From: an uncultured Actinomycetota bacterium
GTDB lineage: Bacteria > Actinomycetota > UBA4738 > HRBIN12
Assembly (NCBI GenBank): GCA_963778505.1
Contig: CAVZUH010000002.1
Location: 472,674-536,673 of the forward strand
Direction: 5' to 3'
Length of the DNA stretch: 64,000 nucleotides
The notes under the pieces are model-generated. The model did no database searches. It saw only the letters and a program-made list of their open reading frames with translations, and was not told where the DNA came from. Below, piece after piece: positions 23,401-33,859 of the stretch (positions within the stretch are counted from its first letter, which is position 1; every line of letters begins with the position of its first letter). Made by a program: the position numbers and the translations under genes.

Positions 23401-26013
23401 TGGGCCCCCGCGAACGTCCCGGCTCGCGTCGAGCACCGTGCGCCCGGCGGCCCTGCCGCCCGGGGCCCTCGAAACGGTGATCGACGATCCGGACGACGAC
23501 TCGCTCGGGAACGTCGAGGTGACGGCGGTTCGAGGTGGGTCGGACAACGCGGAGATGTCCGTGGCGTTCGACTTCGACACCCAGACCCCGATGGACCTGC
23601 CGGTCGGCTATGTCTTCTTCGACACCGATCAGGATCCGGAGACGGGCTATCCGCCCGAAGAGTTCGCCGGGCTACCGGGTCAGGACATCGGCCTCGACTA
23701 CTTCGCCGACCTGTTCTCGATCCACGACAGCGAACCGGTCGTGTTCATCTGGGATGTGAACTTCGAGCTGGTCGCAGAGGTGCCGGCGTCGATCGACGGT
23801 CACACCGTGTCGTTCGCGGTGCCGCTGGCGGCGCTCGGCAACGACGACGGCAACGTCGACATCGCGTCCGTGATCGGCGAACTTCGAGGTGCCGTTGGAT
23901 TGGGCCCCGGACGAGGGCCACGGGACCATCCGGACCTTCACGGACGCGCCGTGGCTCGAGAACGTCGCTCGAGGCCGGAGTCGTCGCGCCCGGCGACACC
24001 GCCGAAGTGGAGGTGACCCTGGGCGGCGCCGACATACCTCCTGGCGACTACACGGGGTCGCTGGTCCTGCTCTCCGACGCGCCGAAGCAGCCTGCGCTGG
24101 AGATCGAAGTCACGCTCGCCGTGAGCTTGCCGGCCGACTGGGGAGCGGCGAGCGGTGCCGTCTTGGACGCGCACTCGTTCGAACCGATCGTCGGTGCCGT
24201 GATCACGGTGCACGCGACGTGGGAAGGCGGTCCCCTCGAGCTGTCGGACACCACCGACGGCGACGGGATGTGGTCGGTGATCGGGCCGGCCGGCACGTGG
24301 AGCGCCGATGTCTCGGCCGATGGCTACCTCGAAGCGTCCTCGGACGTGACGATCGTCGCCGACGGAACGGTCGAGGGGCAAGACGTCTTCGTCCATGCCG
24401 ACCAACCGCACGCGACGATCCGGCCCGGCGCCGTGCGGTTCACGCTGCTCCGCGGGCGGCAGGACGACCGCGTCCTTCGGCTCGGCAACGTGGACGGGCA
24501 CCGGGAGCTCACGTTCTCGGTCGGTGAGATCGCGGTCCCGCCACCGGGAAGTGGGGGAGAGCCACCGCCCGAGCCTCTCTCGATCCCCGCCGGGGCCAAC
24601 CCCGCGGCGATGGACTCGAGGGGCGCCGGCCACGCCTCCCCGGGCAGCGCCGGACTCACCAGCCGAAGGCGATGTGCTCGCTCAGTGGGAGACCGGGATG
24701 AGCGTGCCGTGGGGCGTGGGGTATCGCACGAGCCCGGACACGGTGACCATCTCCGATCCGGAGGATCTGATCGACGTCGAGTTCACGACGAGCGGCGATC
24801 GCACGGCCGAGTTCGCCACGCCGTGGGTGGGCGATTGGGCGGCGGACCTCGCGTGGGACGCCGGCCGAGGGCTCCTCTGGCACGTGAACGTCGGCGGCGA
24901 CAACGCGATCTACGGCGTCGACCCGGTCGACGGCTCGGTCGTCGAGACGGTCACCGGGCCGGGATGGACCGACGTGAGTCAGCGTGGCCTCGCCTTCGAT
25001 GAAGCCACCGACACCTTCTACATCGGTGGCTGGAACGAGGGGATCGTCTACCACGTGGCCGGGCCGTCCTGGCCGGAGCCAGGAGCAACGCTCGGCTCGT
25101 GCAGTCCCGACGACCCGAACATCTCCGGGCTCGCCTGGAACCCGGCGTTCCGGGTGCTCTGGGAGGCCACGAACTCGGACTTCGACGACATGTGGTTGAT
25201 CGACCCCGACACGTGCGAGACCCAAGGATGGGTGCCGCATCCGGACCCCGGGTTCAACGGAGCGGGGCTCGAGCTGGACACCGTCGGGAACCTGTGGACG
25301 GTGTCCCAGGGTTCGCAGTCGGCGTATCTGATCGAGTCGGGCCTTCCGACTTTCTCCGACGTCCCCTGGCTGGACGTGACCCCCGAGGCGGGTGTGGTGC
25401 AGGCGGGCGAGGAGACGAACATCACGGTCTCCGTCGACTCCACCGGCATGGCGCCGGGCACGTACGACGCGCTCGTCGGCGTCGTGACCGACGACCCCTC
25501 GCTCGGCGTCGCGACCGTTCGGGTCCGTCTGCTCGTCACGAGGTACGAGCGGTTCGTGAACGTCGGTGGCGGCCCGCTCTCGTTCCCGGATGGAACGACC
25601 TACGTCGGGCGATCGGGCCTTCGCGGAAGGCGCGTTCGGCTGGGTCGGCGACAGCACCGTGCGGACGACCGTCCACGGCATCCAGGGCACCCCGTACGGG
25701 AAGGCCTTCAAGTCCCAACGCGAGGGGATGAGCAGCTACCGGTTCACGGTCCCCAACGGCCGGTACCAGGTCCGTCTCGAGTTCGCGGAACTGGAGGCCC
25801 TGACGGAGTTCGAGCGGATCATGGACGTCTTCGGCGAAGGCGTCGCTTCGGATCGACAACCTTGATGTCGCGGGCCGCGTCGGCCGTTGGCATGCTCTCT
25901 CGCTGACGTTCAACGCACAGGTCAACGACGGCCTCTTGCTGGTCCGGTTCGCCCGCGCGTTGGGCGAGCCGCCGATCCTGAACTCGATGCGCGTGACCTG
26001 GCTGAGGTCCTGA
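20430..26013 (+). CDS. Giant secreted multidomain subtilisin-like (S8) serine protease locus: I9 propeptide, S8 catalytic domain, carboxypeptidase-regulatory-like/Ig-like repeats, a beta-propeller-like region and a C-terminal malectin-like domain. About seven frameshifts; possibly two genes.
   Basis: Signal peptide MRRRHVAVWIVCTLVIGLIGPAGQPALA. Catalytic triad motifs ANIDTGVDYAHEAL (Asp), HGTHTMGTMVG (His), GTSMAAPHTTGTLALV (Ser). Repeats like GTVTAEEDGSPIEGAEVRA / GTVTDANDDLPIAGAVVTA. C-terminal ..NGRYQVRLEFAELE..IDNLDVAGRV..NDGLLLVRF.. (malectin-like). The junctions are single-base insertions, for example TACGAC(G)ACGGTCTTC at about 22520. Confidence 0.8.
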
Positions 26014-26019
26014 GCGCGA

Positions 26020-26077
26020 GGGGCGGCGACGTCGGCTGGACTGGCCCTCAGGCGGTCTCGGCAGACGTCGCCGCCCC
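26020..26077 (+). terminator. GC-rich 14-bp perfect inverted repeat (hairpin) immediately downstream of the subtilase stop codon; candidate intrinsic terminator without a T-tract
   Basis: GGGGCGGCGACGTC at 26020-26033 pairs with GACGTCGCCGCCCC at 26064-26077, with a 30-nt loop. Confidence 0.4.
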
Positions 26078-26180
26078 GATCGCCTGACGGCCGTTTGAGG
26101 CGCCCAGGCCTGCTTCACGTCGTCCGCCCAGGTCGGACATCAGTCACTCCGGTCTCAGACGGTCGTTAGACTTCATGCGC

Positions 26181-26253
26181 GGGGACGTAGCTCAGCTGGT
26201 AGAGCACCTGCTTTGCAAGCAGGGGGTCGGCGGTTCGAGTCCGCTCGTCTCCA
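26181..26253 (+). tRNA. tRNA-Ala (anticodon TGC)
   Basis: GGGGACGTAGCTCAGCTGGTAGAGCACCTGCTTTGCAAGCAGGGGGTCGGCGGTTCGAGTCCGCTCGTCTCCA. Confidence 0.93.
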
Positions 26254-26537
26254 CTTACGTCGGTGCCACGATTCTGTTCAGTGCAGGCACCGCGACGCCC
26301 GCCGGCTCGACCAGTGGGTCACGGTCATCGGTCGGTTCGAGCGCGGAGGAGGTCACGTCCCGAAACTGGTTGCGACGGATTTTGACCTGGATCGCGCCCT
26401 CGGACGAGCCGTATGCGTGACCCGAGGAAGGGCGCCAAGCAGGAACGATCGCGGCCGAACGAGCACCGGCACGCGCGGAGCGTTCCGGCGCAAGCACGAG
26501 GTGTCCCCCGGACGGGGGCTCGGAAGCATCCCCTGCG

Positions 26538-29500
26538 ATGGCGCTCAGGTCGGCGTCTGGCCCTGCCGAAGGAAGGTTGTTGAGCAGGGGACGGTCTTTC
26601 CAACCGTTCCCCGAGGAGGAACGGGTGGCGTCCAAGAGGCAATTCTCCGTCGGCCGGCCGATCGTGTGGGTCGGTGTGCTCGTGCTGTCCGCGGGCCTCG
26701 CCGTGGGCGCGTGGTTCCTGAAGTCCACCGGCGTCGAAAGTGGCGTGAAAGCAGCGAACAAGGTCGCGGCGTCCACCGTCAAGAAGGACCTCGCCCCCTC
26801 ACTGACGGCGTCCGACGTTCGCGAGCCGATGTCGCTGGAGGGATCGGCCGAGCTCCAGCAGCTCGTCGAGAGCCGCATCCTCGACGAACACACCACGACC
26901 GTCCGGATCTGGACGGCGAACGGCACGCTCGTCTACTCCTCGACCGGTGAGCAGACCGGTACGCGGGGCGGGAACGAACGCGGGATCCGGCTCGCCACGA
27001 CCGGCGCGGGGAGGACGACCTCCATCGCGCCGGCCAGCGAGCTCGGGGTCCTCGACATCTACACGCCGCTCCGGCTCGGCGTGGACGACGGGTCGGTCGC
27101 AGCCGTCCAGTTGGTCGAGTCGTACGCGCCGATCGTCGCGGCCGCCGGCCAGCCGTGGGGCCTCGTGCGATCCGTCGCCGGCGGCCTCGCCGCGATCTCG
27201 CTCCTCATGGCCGTCGTCTCGTTCGCGTTCCTGCGAGCCGGACGGTCCGGCAAGCGCGAGGGCATGGGTTTCACTCCGTCGGGCGGCGCCGTGGATGAGG
27301 AGAAGCTCCGGCTCACGATCGGAGCGCGCGATGAGCAGCTCGTGCAGCTCCGCGAGCAGCTCCGGGAGCGGGAGACCGAGACGGTCGAGCGCGTTCGCGC
27401 CCTCGAGCTCCAGCTCCGGGAAGCCACCGCGAGAGCCCTCGAGGCCGAGACAGCTTCCGGCGACACCGCCGGGCTCTCGCAGGCCGCGCAGGAAGCGAAC
27501 CGTCGCGCCCAGGAACTGTTGGACCGGGCGGTGCGCGCCGAGAGCGAGCTGTCCTCGCTCCGCGAGAACCTGAGCGAAGCACCGGCGGGTGACGCGAAGG
27601 AGACCGAGCAACAGATCGCAGCTCTCGAGGAGCAGCTGCGAACCGTCGGGGCGGAGCGTGATCGTGCCAACGTCGATCTGCAGACCCTCGAGACGACGGC
27701 GCGAGACGCTGAAGCGCGAGCCGAGGAGTTCGCCAGGCTTGCCGAGGAGCTTCGGACCTCGATGGTTCAGCAGGACCAAGTCGAGAACGAGGCGACCGAG
27801 GAACTTCGGCGGACCGTCGAGGAGCTCAAGTCCGCGCTCGCCTACTCGGAGCGCGCACGCGACGAGGCGGAGGCCGTGTCGGCGGAGGCGTCGACCGCCC
27901 TCGCGTCGGCCGACGCCACGATCGCGAGTTTGCAAGAGGAGCGCGAGCTGCTCCTGGGCGACGTCGAGACCGATACGGGTGAGGCAGCAGTACGGCTCGT
28001 GCAGGCAGAGGCTCGCGTCACCGAGCTGGAGCGCTCGCTCGTGGAAGCGCTCGACCGGACGACCGAGCTCGGTCGGGAACGGGATGAAGCGTTGGCGCGA
28101 TCGGCGGGGCTGGAAGTTCGCTTCGACGAGGCGTCGAGCAAGGCGGTGGAGGCGGATGCCCGCTCCCGCTCGCTCGAAGCACGGATCCAGGAGATGGCGA
28201 AGAACGCCGGCAGCGCGACCGAGGGGCTGAAGGAGCGCCTCGGCGAACTGGAGGCCAGGGCCGCCGACGCGGAGAACCAGAGGAGCACGCTGGTGGCGCG
28301 CGCCGGGGAGGCGGAGGCCTCGGCGAAGGAGCTCAAGGTCCTGGTCGCGACCGCTGAGGCCCGTGAGGCCGAGATGGTGGAGCGACTGGAAGTGCGGGAT
28401 AACGAAGCCGCGCGTTCGCAGGCGAGTCTCGACGACGCGCGCCGCGAGCTCGAGGAGACCCGCGATCACCTCGAGGAAGCGCGGCGGGACGCCGCACGTT
28501 CAGCGGCCGAGATCGAGTCTCGAGAGGCCGCGGCCCGCGAAGAGGCGGAAGCACGCGAGTCAGCAGTCAGAGCCGAGGCAGGGGCCCGAGTCGCCGCCGC
28601 TCTCGCAGAGGCGGAGTCGCGAGTCGCCGCCGCGCTCGAAGAGGCAGAGTCTCGCGAAACCGCGGTGCGTGTCGAAGCCGAGGCACGCGAGAAGGCGGTC
28701 CGGGAACAGGTCGAAGCCCGTGCGCTAGCCGCGCGTGCTGAGCTCGAAGCTCAGGCGATCGAGGCTCGTTCCGAGCTGGAGGATCTCAAGGCTAGGTGGT
28801 CTGTGCTCGTGACGGCCAACCGGACCCTCGAGACGGAGATGTCCGAGCGCGATGGGACGATCGAGACGCTGGAGTCGAGGTTGGGCGAGCACCGCGGCGT
28901 GCTGGATGAGGCACGCTCGCGGCTGACCGCAGCGGAGGAGCGGGCGTCCGACCTCGAGCTCCGGCTCCTGGATGAGTCGGGCCAGATCACGGGGCTCCGA
29001 ACCGAGCTCGCCGAGGCGAACGACCAGGTCGCGCGCGCGGAGTCGCACATCGCCGAGCGCGACGCAGCCGTCGCCCGAGTTCAGGAGGAGCTCTCCGCGG
29101 TGCGGGATCAGATGTTGCTGAAGGAAGCCGCATCCGCCGTCGCAGTCGAGGAATTGGACGCGCTGAGGTCAGCCGTCGAGGGCCACGAGTCCCAGACCCG
29201 CCGGAAGGACGAGGAATTGCACGCGGTCCGCCAGGAGCTCGAAGCGAGTCGACAGGAGCTCGGCACGTTCCGGGAGGAGCTCTCCAAGCGGGAACAGATG
29301 GTCTCCGCCGGTGCAGAGGAATTGGAAGCGCTCAAGACCGCCGTGGAGGGCCACGAGTCCCAGACCCGCCTGAAGGAAGAGGAACTGCACGCGGTCCACC
29401 AGGAATTGCAAGCCGTCCGACAGGAGCTCGGAGTGGTCCGCGGGGAGCTCTCCCAGCGCGAGCAGCTGGTCTCCGCCGGCGCCGAGGAATTGGAGACGCT

Positions 29501-30999
29501 CAGGACCGCGGAGGCTCGGGGCGCTCAGGCTCTCGAGCGGAAGGACGAGCAGCTGCGAGAGGCCTTGGAGATGCTGGACGCTGCCCGGAACGAGCTCGAG
29601 TCACGCAGCCAGGATGCGAACACCCGTTTCCGGGACGCCGAGGCTCAGGTTGCCGAAGCCCAGGCCAAGGCGGGCGAGGCGCAGGCGCGGATCGCGGATG
29701 CGGAAGAGAAGGTGGCCGACGCGCAACGACACCTCGCCGAGCGCGAGGCGACGACCGTGCACCTGCAGCAGGAGCTGTCCGAGCTCAAGCAGGAGCTCGT
29801 CCGACGAGAGGCCGGTCTTACCTCGCACCAAGAGGAGATCGAGTCCCTGCGGCAACAGGTGTCGACGCTAGAGACCGACCGTGACAGCAGGCGGACCGAC
29901 GAGGCTTCGCGGACCACGCTGGAGGCCGAGCTGGCCGAGCACAAGAGTGTGTTGCAGGAGGCTCGCGACCGACTGGCGGCAAGCGAGTCCATAGCCGCGG
30001 ACCTCGAATCACGTCTCGCAGCCGCCACGTCGAGCCAGGGTGAGGCTCTGAAGACGACCGAGCAGCAGCTCCACGCGAGGGGGCAGGAACTCTCCGAGAG
30101 GGATCAGGAGATCCGCGCGATCGACCCAACAGCTCGACGCGGCGCATGACGAGCTGGAATCAGCGCGCCGCGATCTCACGGCGACATCGGCGGCACGAGA
30201 AGCGCTGGAGTCGGACTTTCGAGGAGAACTCGAGGCCACCCGCGCGGAGCTGTCGACACGAGCAGGCGAACTGGAGTCGCTCCGCAAACGCCTGGCAGAG
30301 CAGGACAAGGTCGTGTCGGCTCGCGAGGCCGCCTCAAACGACGTGTCCGCGAGGATCGCAGCGCTCGAGACCGAGCTGGCGGCAGCTACACAGCGGGCCT
30401 CCGAGCTTGGATCGAGCCTCGCTGAGGCGCGAACCGCCAAGGAGCAAGCGGAAGAGGCGGCCAGGCAGGCCGTAGAGCGAGCCGAAGAGGCGGCCAGGCA
30501 GGCCGTAGAGCGAGCCGAAGAGGCGGCCAGGCAGGCCGCGGAGCAGGCTGCCTCGCAGCCCACTGAGGGATCGAGGGACGGCGCCACGGACGACGTTCAC
30601 GTTGCCGAGCTCCGAGCCGAGGTCCTGCAGCTGGAAACTCGCCTGGAGCAGACCGAGCTTCGGGCTCGCCACGCGTACGCCGAGGCGGAGAACGCGCAGG
30701 CGGAACTGCGCTATGCGCGCGAGCGCGGCGATGCACCTCAGGCCTCGGGCGACGCCGGCCGTCTCCGTATCGAGCTGGCCGCCGCCCTAGAGCGTGCCCA
30801 GGCCGCGGAGCAGAAGAGCTTGGCGCTCAACGCGGAGCTGCTCCTCGCGAAGAAGGGTGTGAACACGGACGCCGGGCCCGAGACGGACAACGGCTACGCC
30901 GAGCCTGAGGAAGAAGGGGTGAGCCTCCGGACACGGCTGAACAGAGCCGTGGAGAGCAAGCGCGGTTCCAGTGACGACGATACGCATCAGTGGCGCTGA
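26538..30999 (+). CDS. Membrane-anchored giant coiled-coil protein (about 1450 aa) with one frameshift near 30146; the start could be internal (GTG near 26626)
   Basis: Two hydrophobic helices (IVWVGVLVLSAGLAVGAWFL and VAGGLAAISLLMAVVSFAFL) flank a 150-aa extracytoplasmic segment. Beyond them is more than 1200 aa of Ala/Glu/Arg/Leu-rich heptad sequence, including internal tandem repeats. Confidence 0.75.
29161..29520 (+). repeat. Tandem 180-bp (60-aa) direct repeat, two copies, inside the coiled-coil gene
   Basis: AVEGHESQTRRKDEELHAVRQELEASRQELGTFREELSKREQMVSAGAEELEALKT repeated with about 80% identity. Confidence 0.8.
30451..30549 (+). repeat. Tandem 33-bp repeat, three copies, inside the coiled-coil gene (EEAARQAVERA x3)
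   Basis: GAAGAGGCGGCCAGGCAGGCCGTAGAGCGAGCC at 30451, 30484 and (variant) 30517. Confidence 0.85.
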
Positions 31000-31026
31000 C
31001 CCATCCAGCGGTACGCTTGGCCATGT

Positions 31027-31687
31027 GCGCCGAGCTCTCCTGATCCTCCTCGGAACCACGATCGTGCTCGCCGGCACGCCTGCTGCGCCCGTCGTGGCGG
31101 GGCCCAGGCCCGGGTACACCGCAACGATCAGGCCCCTCCCCCGCGGCATCCGAGCCTGGATGAACGGAGTTTCGTGGCGCCCCGGATGCCCTGTCCCTCT
31201 GCGCGACCTCCGGCTGGTCACGCTCCGGTACTGGGGTTTCGATCGCCGGGCACACGGCGGAAGGTTGGTCGTCCACGTCGATGTCGCCAAGAGGATCGCC
31301 GGCATCTTCGGTCGCCTCTACGAGGTGTCCTTCCCGATCCGGCAGATGCGTCTGGTCGACTACTACGGGGCGGACGACCGCACGTCGATGGAGCACGACA
31401 ACACGTCGGCGTTCAACTGCCGGTGGCGCGCGGGTCAGCCCGGCGTCTGGTCCCAGCACGCGTACGGGCGAGCGGTGGACGTGAACCCGGTGGAGAACCC
31501 ATATGTGTGGAGCGGTGGGGTCTCCCCTTGGAACGGCGCGCCCTACGTGAATCGGTCCGATCGGCGACGCGGGATGATCTTCCACGGCGACGTCGTTTGG
31601 TGGGCGTTCCGGGCTCGGGGCTGGGAATGGGGCGGCGACTGGAAGCAAGTCAGGGACTACCAGCACTTCTCGCGCAACGGTCGTTGA
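31027..31687 (+). CDS. Secreted M15-family peptidase (D-Ala-D-Ala carboxypeptidase / VanY-like)
   Basis: Signal RRALLILLGTTIVLAGTPAAP. Motifs SQHAYGRAVDVNP and WEWGGDWKQVRDYQHF. Intact ORF. Confidence 0.75.
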
Positions 31688-31697
31688 CTCGGACGGT

Positions 31698-32471
31698 TCA
31701 GTCGCAGGAGAGCGTGAGCAGGTAGTACGGATCGACGGCGCCGCCACCCCATGGATGCCACTCGAAGTGGTCGTGGGGGGCCGTCGAATCACCTGTGTCG
31801 CCCACGTAGCCGATGATCGCGCCCGCTCCGATCCATCCGAGATCGCCGTAGGCGATCAGGTGGGCGTTGAAGACGTATCCGCGGTCGCCACGGACTCGAA
31901 CCTGATACCCGCCGAGTGGAGAGTAGGAACCCCACGCGTAGCCGTCGAACGGGGCGCGGATCGGGGTCCATGTGGGCGCCTCGATGTCGCTGCCCATGTG
32001 GACGTGCGGCTCGACGCCCTCCACGTTCACGATCTCGCCGAAGTCGTTATGGATGAAGCGAGGGCCGTCCACCGGACACACGCGGAAGATCCCCCAGGAA
32101 TACAGCCATGCCCTGAGCTCGGCGCGACGTGCTTCCAGTGAGGCGAGGCGCCGGGTCGTCCACGAGTTGAACCTGTGGTCCGCGCGATGGGCATCACGCA
32201 GGATCGCCTGGGTCCGGAGGCCCGGGCGGGCGTCGGAGGCGCGTTCCGCGTCGATGACGGCCCGACGGAGCTCTTGCGAGTGGGTACGGATGTGCCTGTT
32301 GAGCACCTTGAACTCGTGCCCGATGCGCTTCACGGCGCGGATGTGGTCGCGGACCTCGGAGGCGGAGGCGGGCGCCGCAGCACCGGCGATCACCGTGAAC
32401 GCGATCACCGCGGCGGCGCCCGCAGTGCAGAGACCTCGGAACCCCCTCAGATGAGTCACCCCCCGGTGCAT
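31698..32471 (-). CDS. Secreted M23-family (LytM-like) peptidase with an N-terminal coiled/helical region
   Basis: Signal MHRGVTHLRGFRGLCTAGAAAVIAFTVIAGAAAPASA. Metal-binding motifs HVHMGSDIEAP and STAPHDHFEWH. Intact. Confidence 0.75.
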   Translation of the reverse strand: MHRGVTHLRGFRGLCTAGAAAVIAFTVIAGAAAPASASEVRDHIRAVKRIGHEFKVLNRHIRTHSQELRRAVIDAERASDARPGLRTQAILRDAHRADHRFNSWTTRRLASLEARRAELRAWLYSWGIFRVCPVDGPRFIHNDFGEIVNVEGVEPHVHMGSDIEAPTWTPIRAPFDGYAWGSYSPLGGYQVRVRGDRGYVFNAHLIAYGDLGWIGAGAIIGYVGDTGDSTAPHDHFEWHPWGGGAVDPYYLLTLSCD

Positions 32472-32574
32472 CCAGCAGGGTTTCCCTATCGGTCCCACGG
32501 CCTCGTTGCTTGAGGGCGTCTGGGGTGAGAGCGGGTTGCCCACCCTTCGGTGGAAGGCGCAGTATTGCGGGTCA

Positions 32575-33852
32575 ATGGGTCAAGCGATGGGTCCAGCGAG
32601 CGCACGACGAGCGCACCTCCTGCTGATGGCGCTCGCAGGGGCGCTGGCCGCGATGTCCACCATGCAGGCGAGTGCACCGGGCAGCCGCCAGCCTCGACGG
32701 AAGCCTGGAAGGAGGGCCTCCGACGGCGATGTCGCGGAGCTCATGGAACGGCTCGAGCAGGCCACCGCGCGGGCCACGGAAGCGCAGAGGGTGGCGCGGT
32801 CGTTCGCCACCCGCCTCAGGAAGGTCTCGACCGAGCTCGCGAGTGTCGAGCGCGAATCGTCGGATGAGCGAGACATGGCCGATGTGGCCGAGCAGCAGAT
32901 CGACCTGCTCGACGAGAAGCTCCAGGAGATCGGCGCCGCTACCGTCGAGGCCGCCGCCACGTCCGAGCTCAATGAGCTCCAGAGTCAGCTCGCCGAAGCT
33001 CGTCGGCGGGCCGACGAGATGGAGGAGCGAGCCGTCGACGCGGAGAGACGCCTGTCGGTCATCGCCTCGCTTCAGGACCCAGTGGAGGTCCTCCATGGGC
33101 TCGAAGAGCGGGTCGTGATCGTTGAGACGCTGGCGACCCAGGCGCAGGAGCGCGTCCGCTCCTTCGAGGAGATGGCTGCGGAGGGGGGAAGCGATTTCCG
33201 GCAACGGATCGCGCTCACCGCCGCGCGCAAGCGTGGCGGGTCGGCCCCGCCTGCGGCGCGCGAGATGAAGCCCGAGATGGATCTGCGCGCCGCGATCTCG
33301 CGAGGGCTGCGGGGACCGCTCACGCGCGCGTCCGGGCTCACGCTGTCGCTCCAGGGAACGATCGAGTCGACGGAGGCGAAGGACACCCTCCGCCACCTCA
33401 CGGCGTCCTTAGGTCGGTTGAACCAGCTCGCTGCCGATCTGAAGGACGCGCACCGGATCATCGACGGGAGCCTGCCGCTCAACCTGCGGCGCACGGACAT
33501 CGCCGCGCTCATGAACGCGACGCTGGAGGACGCCACGCACCTCGAAGACCGGCTCGTCCGACTGGATGCGGTGAGGGTGCACGCTCGCGTGGATCCGGTA
33601 CGCGCCAGGCAGATCGTCGAGGGGATGTTGGACGCCGCGGGAGAGCGGACGAGATCCAGCGCTTCGATCGTGGTCAGGGTTCACGACATGGATGCGGGCG
33701 TGCGCGTGACCGTCGAGGACGACAGTCGTTCACCGGCCACGATCGGCCCGGAGCTGAGCCTGGCCGTTCGCCTCGCCGAGATCCACGGCACCGAGATCAC
33801 GGTCGACGGTTCTTCGTTCCGCGTCGTCTTCCCGAAGGATCGGCGCCCGTAG
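32575..33852 (+). CDS. Histidine-kinase-like protein with a coiled-coil N-region and a degenerate HisKA/HATPase (phospho-acceptor His replaced)
   Basis: N-terminal signal/TM helix MGQAMGPASARRAHLLLMALAGALAAMSTMQASA and a long coiled coil. The H-box-like AAISRGLRGPLTRASG has Ser where His is expected. C-terminus ..IVVRVHDMDAGVRVTVEDDSRS..LSLAVRLAEIHGTEITVDGSSFRVVFP (HATPase-like with degenerate N/G boxes). Intact ORF. Confidence 0.55.
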   Translation: MGQAMGPASARRAHLLLMALAGALAAMSTMQASAPGSRQPRRKPGRRASDGDVAELMERLEQATARATEAQRVARSFATRLRKVSTELASVERESSDERDMADVAEQQIDLLDEKLQEIGAATVEAAATSELNELQSQLAEARRRADEMEERAVDAERRLSVIASLQDPVEVLHGLEERVVIVETLATQAQERVRSFEEMAAEGGSDFRQRIALTAARKRGGSAPPAAREMKPEMDLRAAISRGLRGPLTRASGLTLSLQGTIESTEAKDTLRHLTASLGRLNQLAADLKDAHRIIDGSLPLNLRRTDIAALMNATLEDATHLEDRLVRLDAVRVHARVDPVRARQIVEGMLDAAGERTRSSASIVVRVHDMDAGVRVTVEDDSRSPATIGPELSLAVRLAEIHGTEITVDGSSFRVVFPKDRRP

Positions 33853-33859
33853 CGTCGGA

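Noticed and set aside
14301-26253. An active integrative element or prophage at the tRNA-Ile / tRNA-Ala locus
   Set aside because: No integrase, excisionase, transposase, phage structural genes or obvious att direct repeats were seen in the inserted block. It is treated as old cargo.
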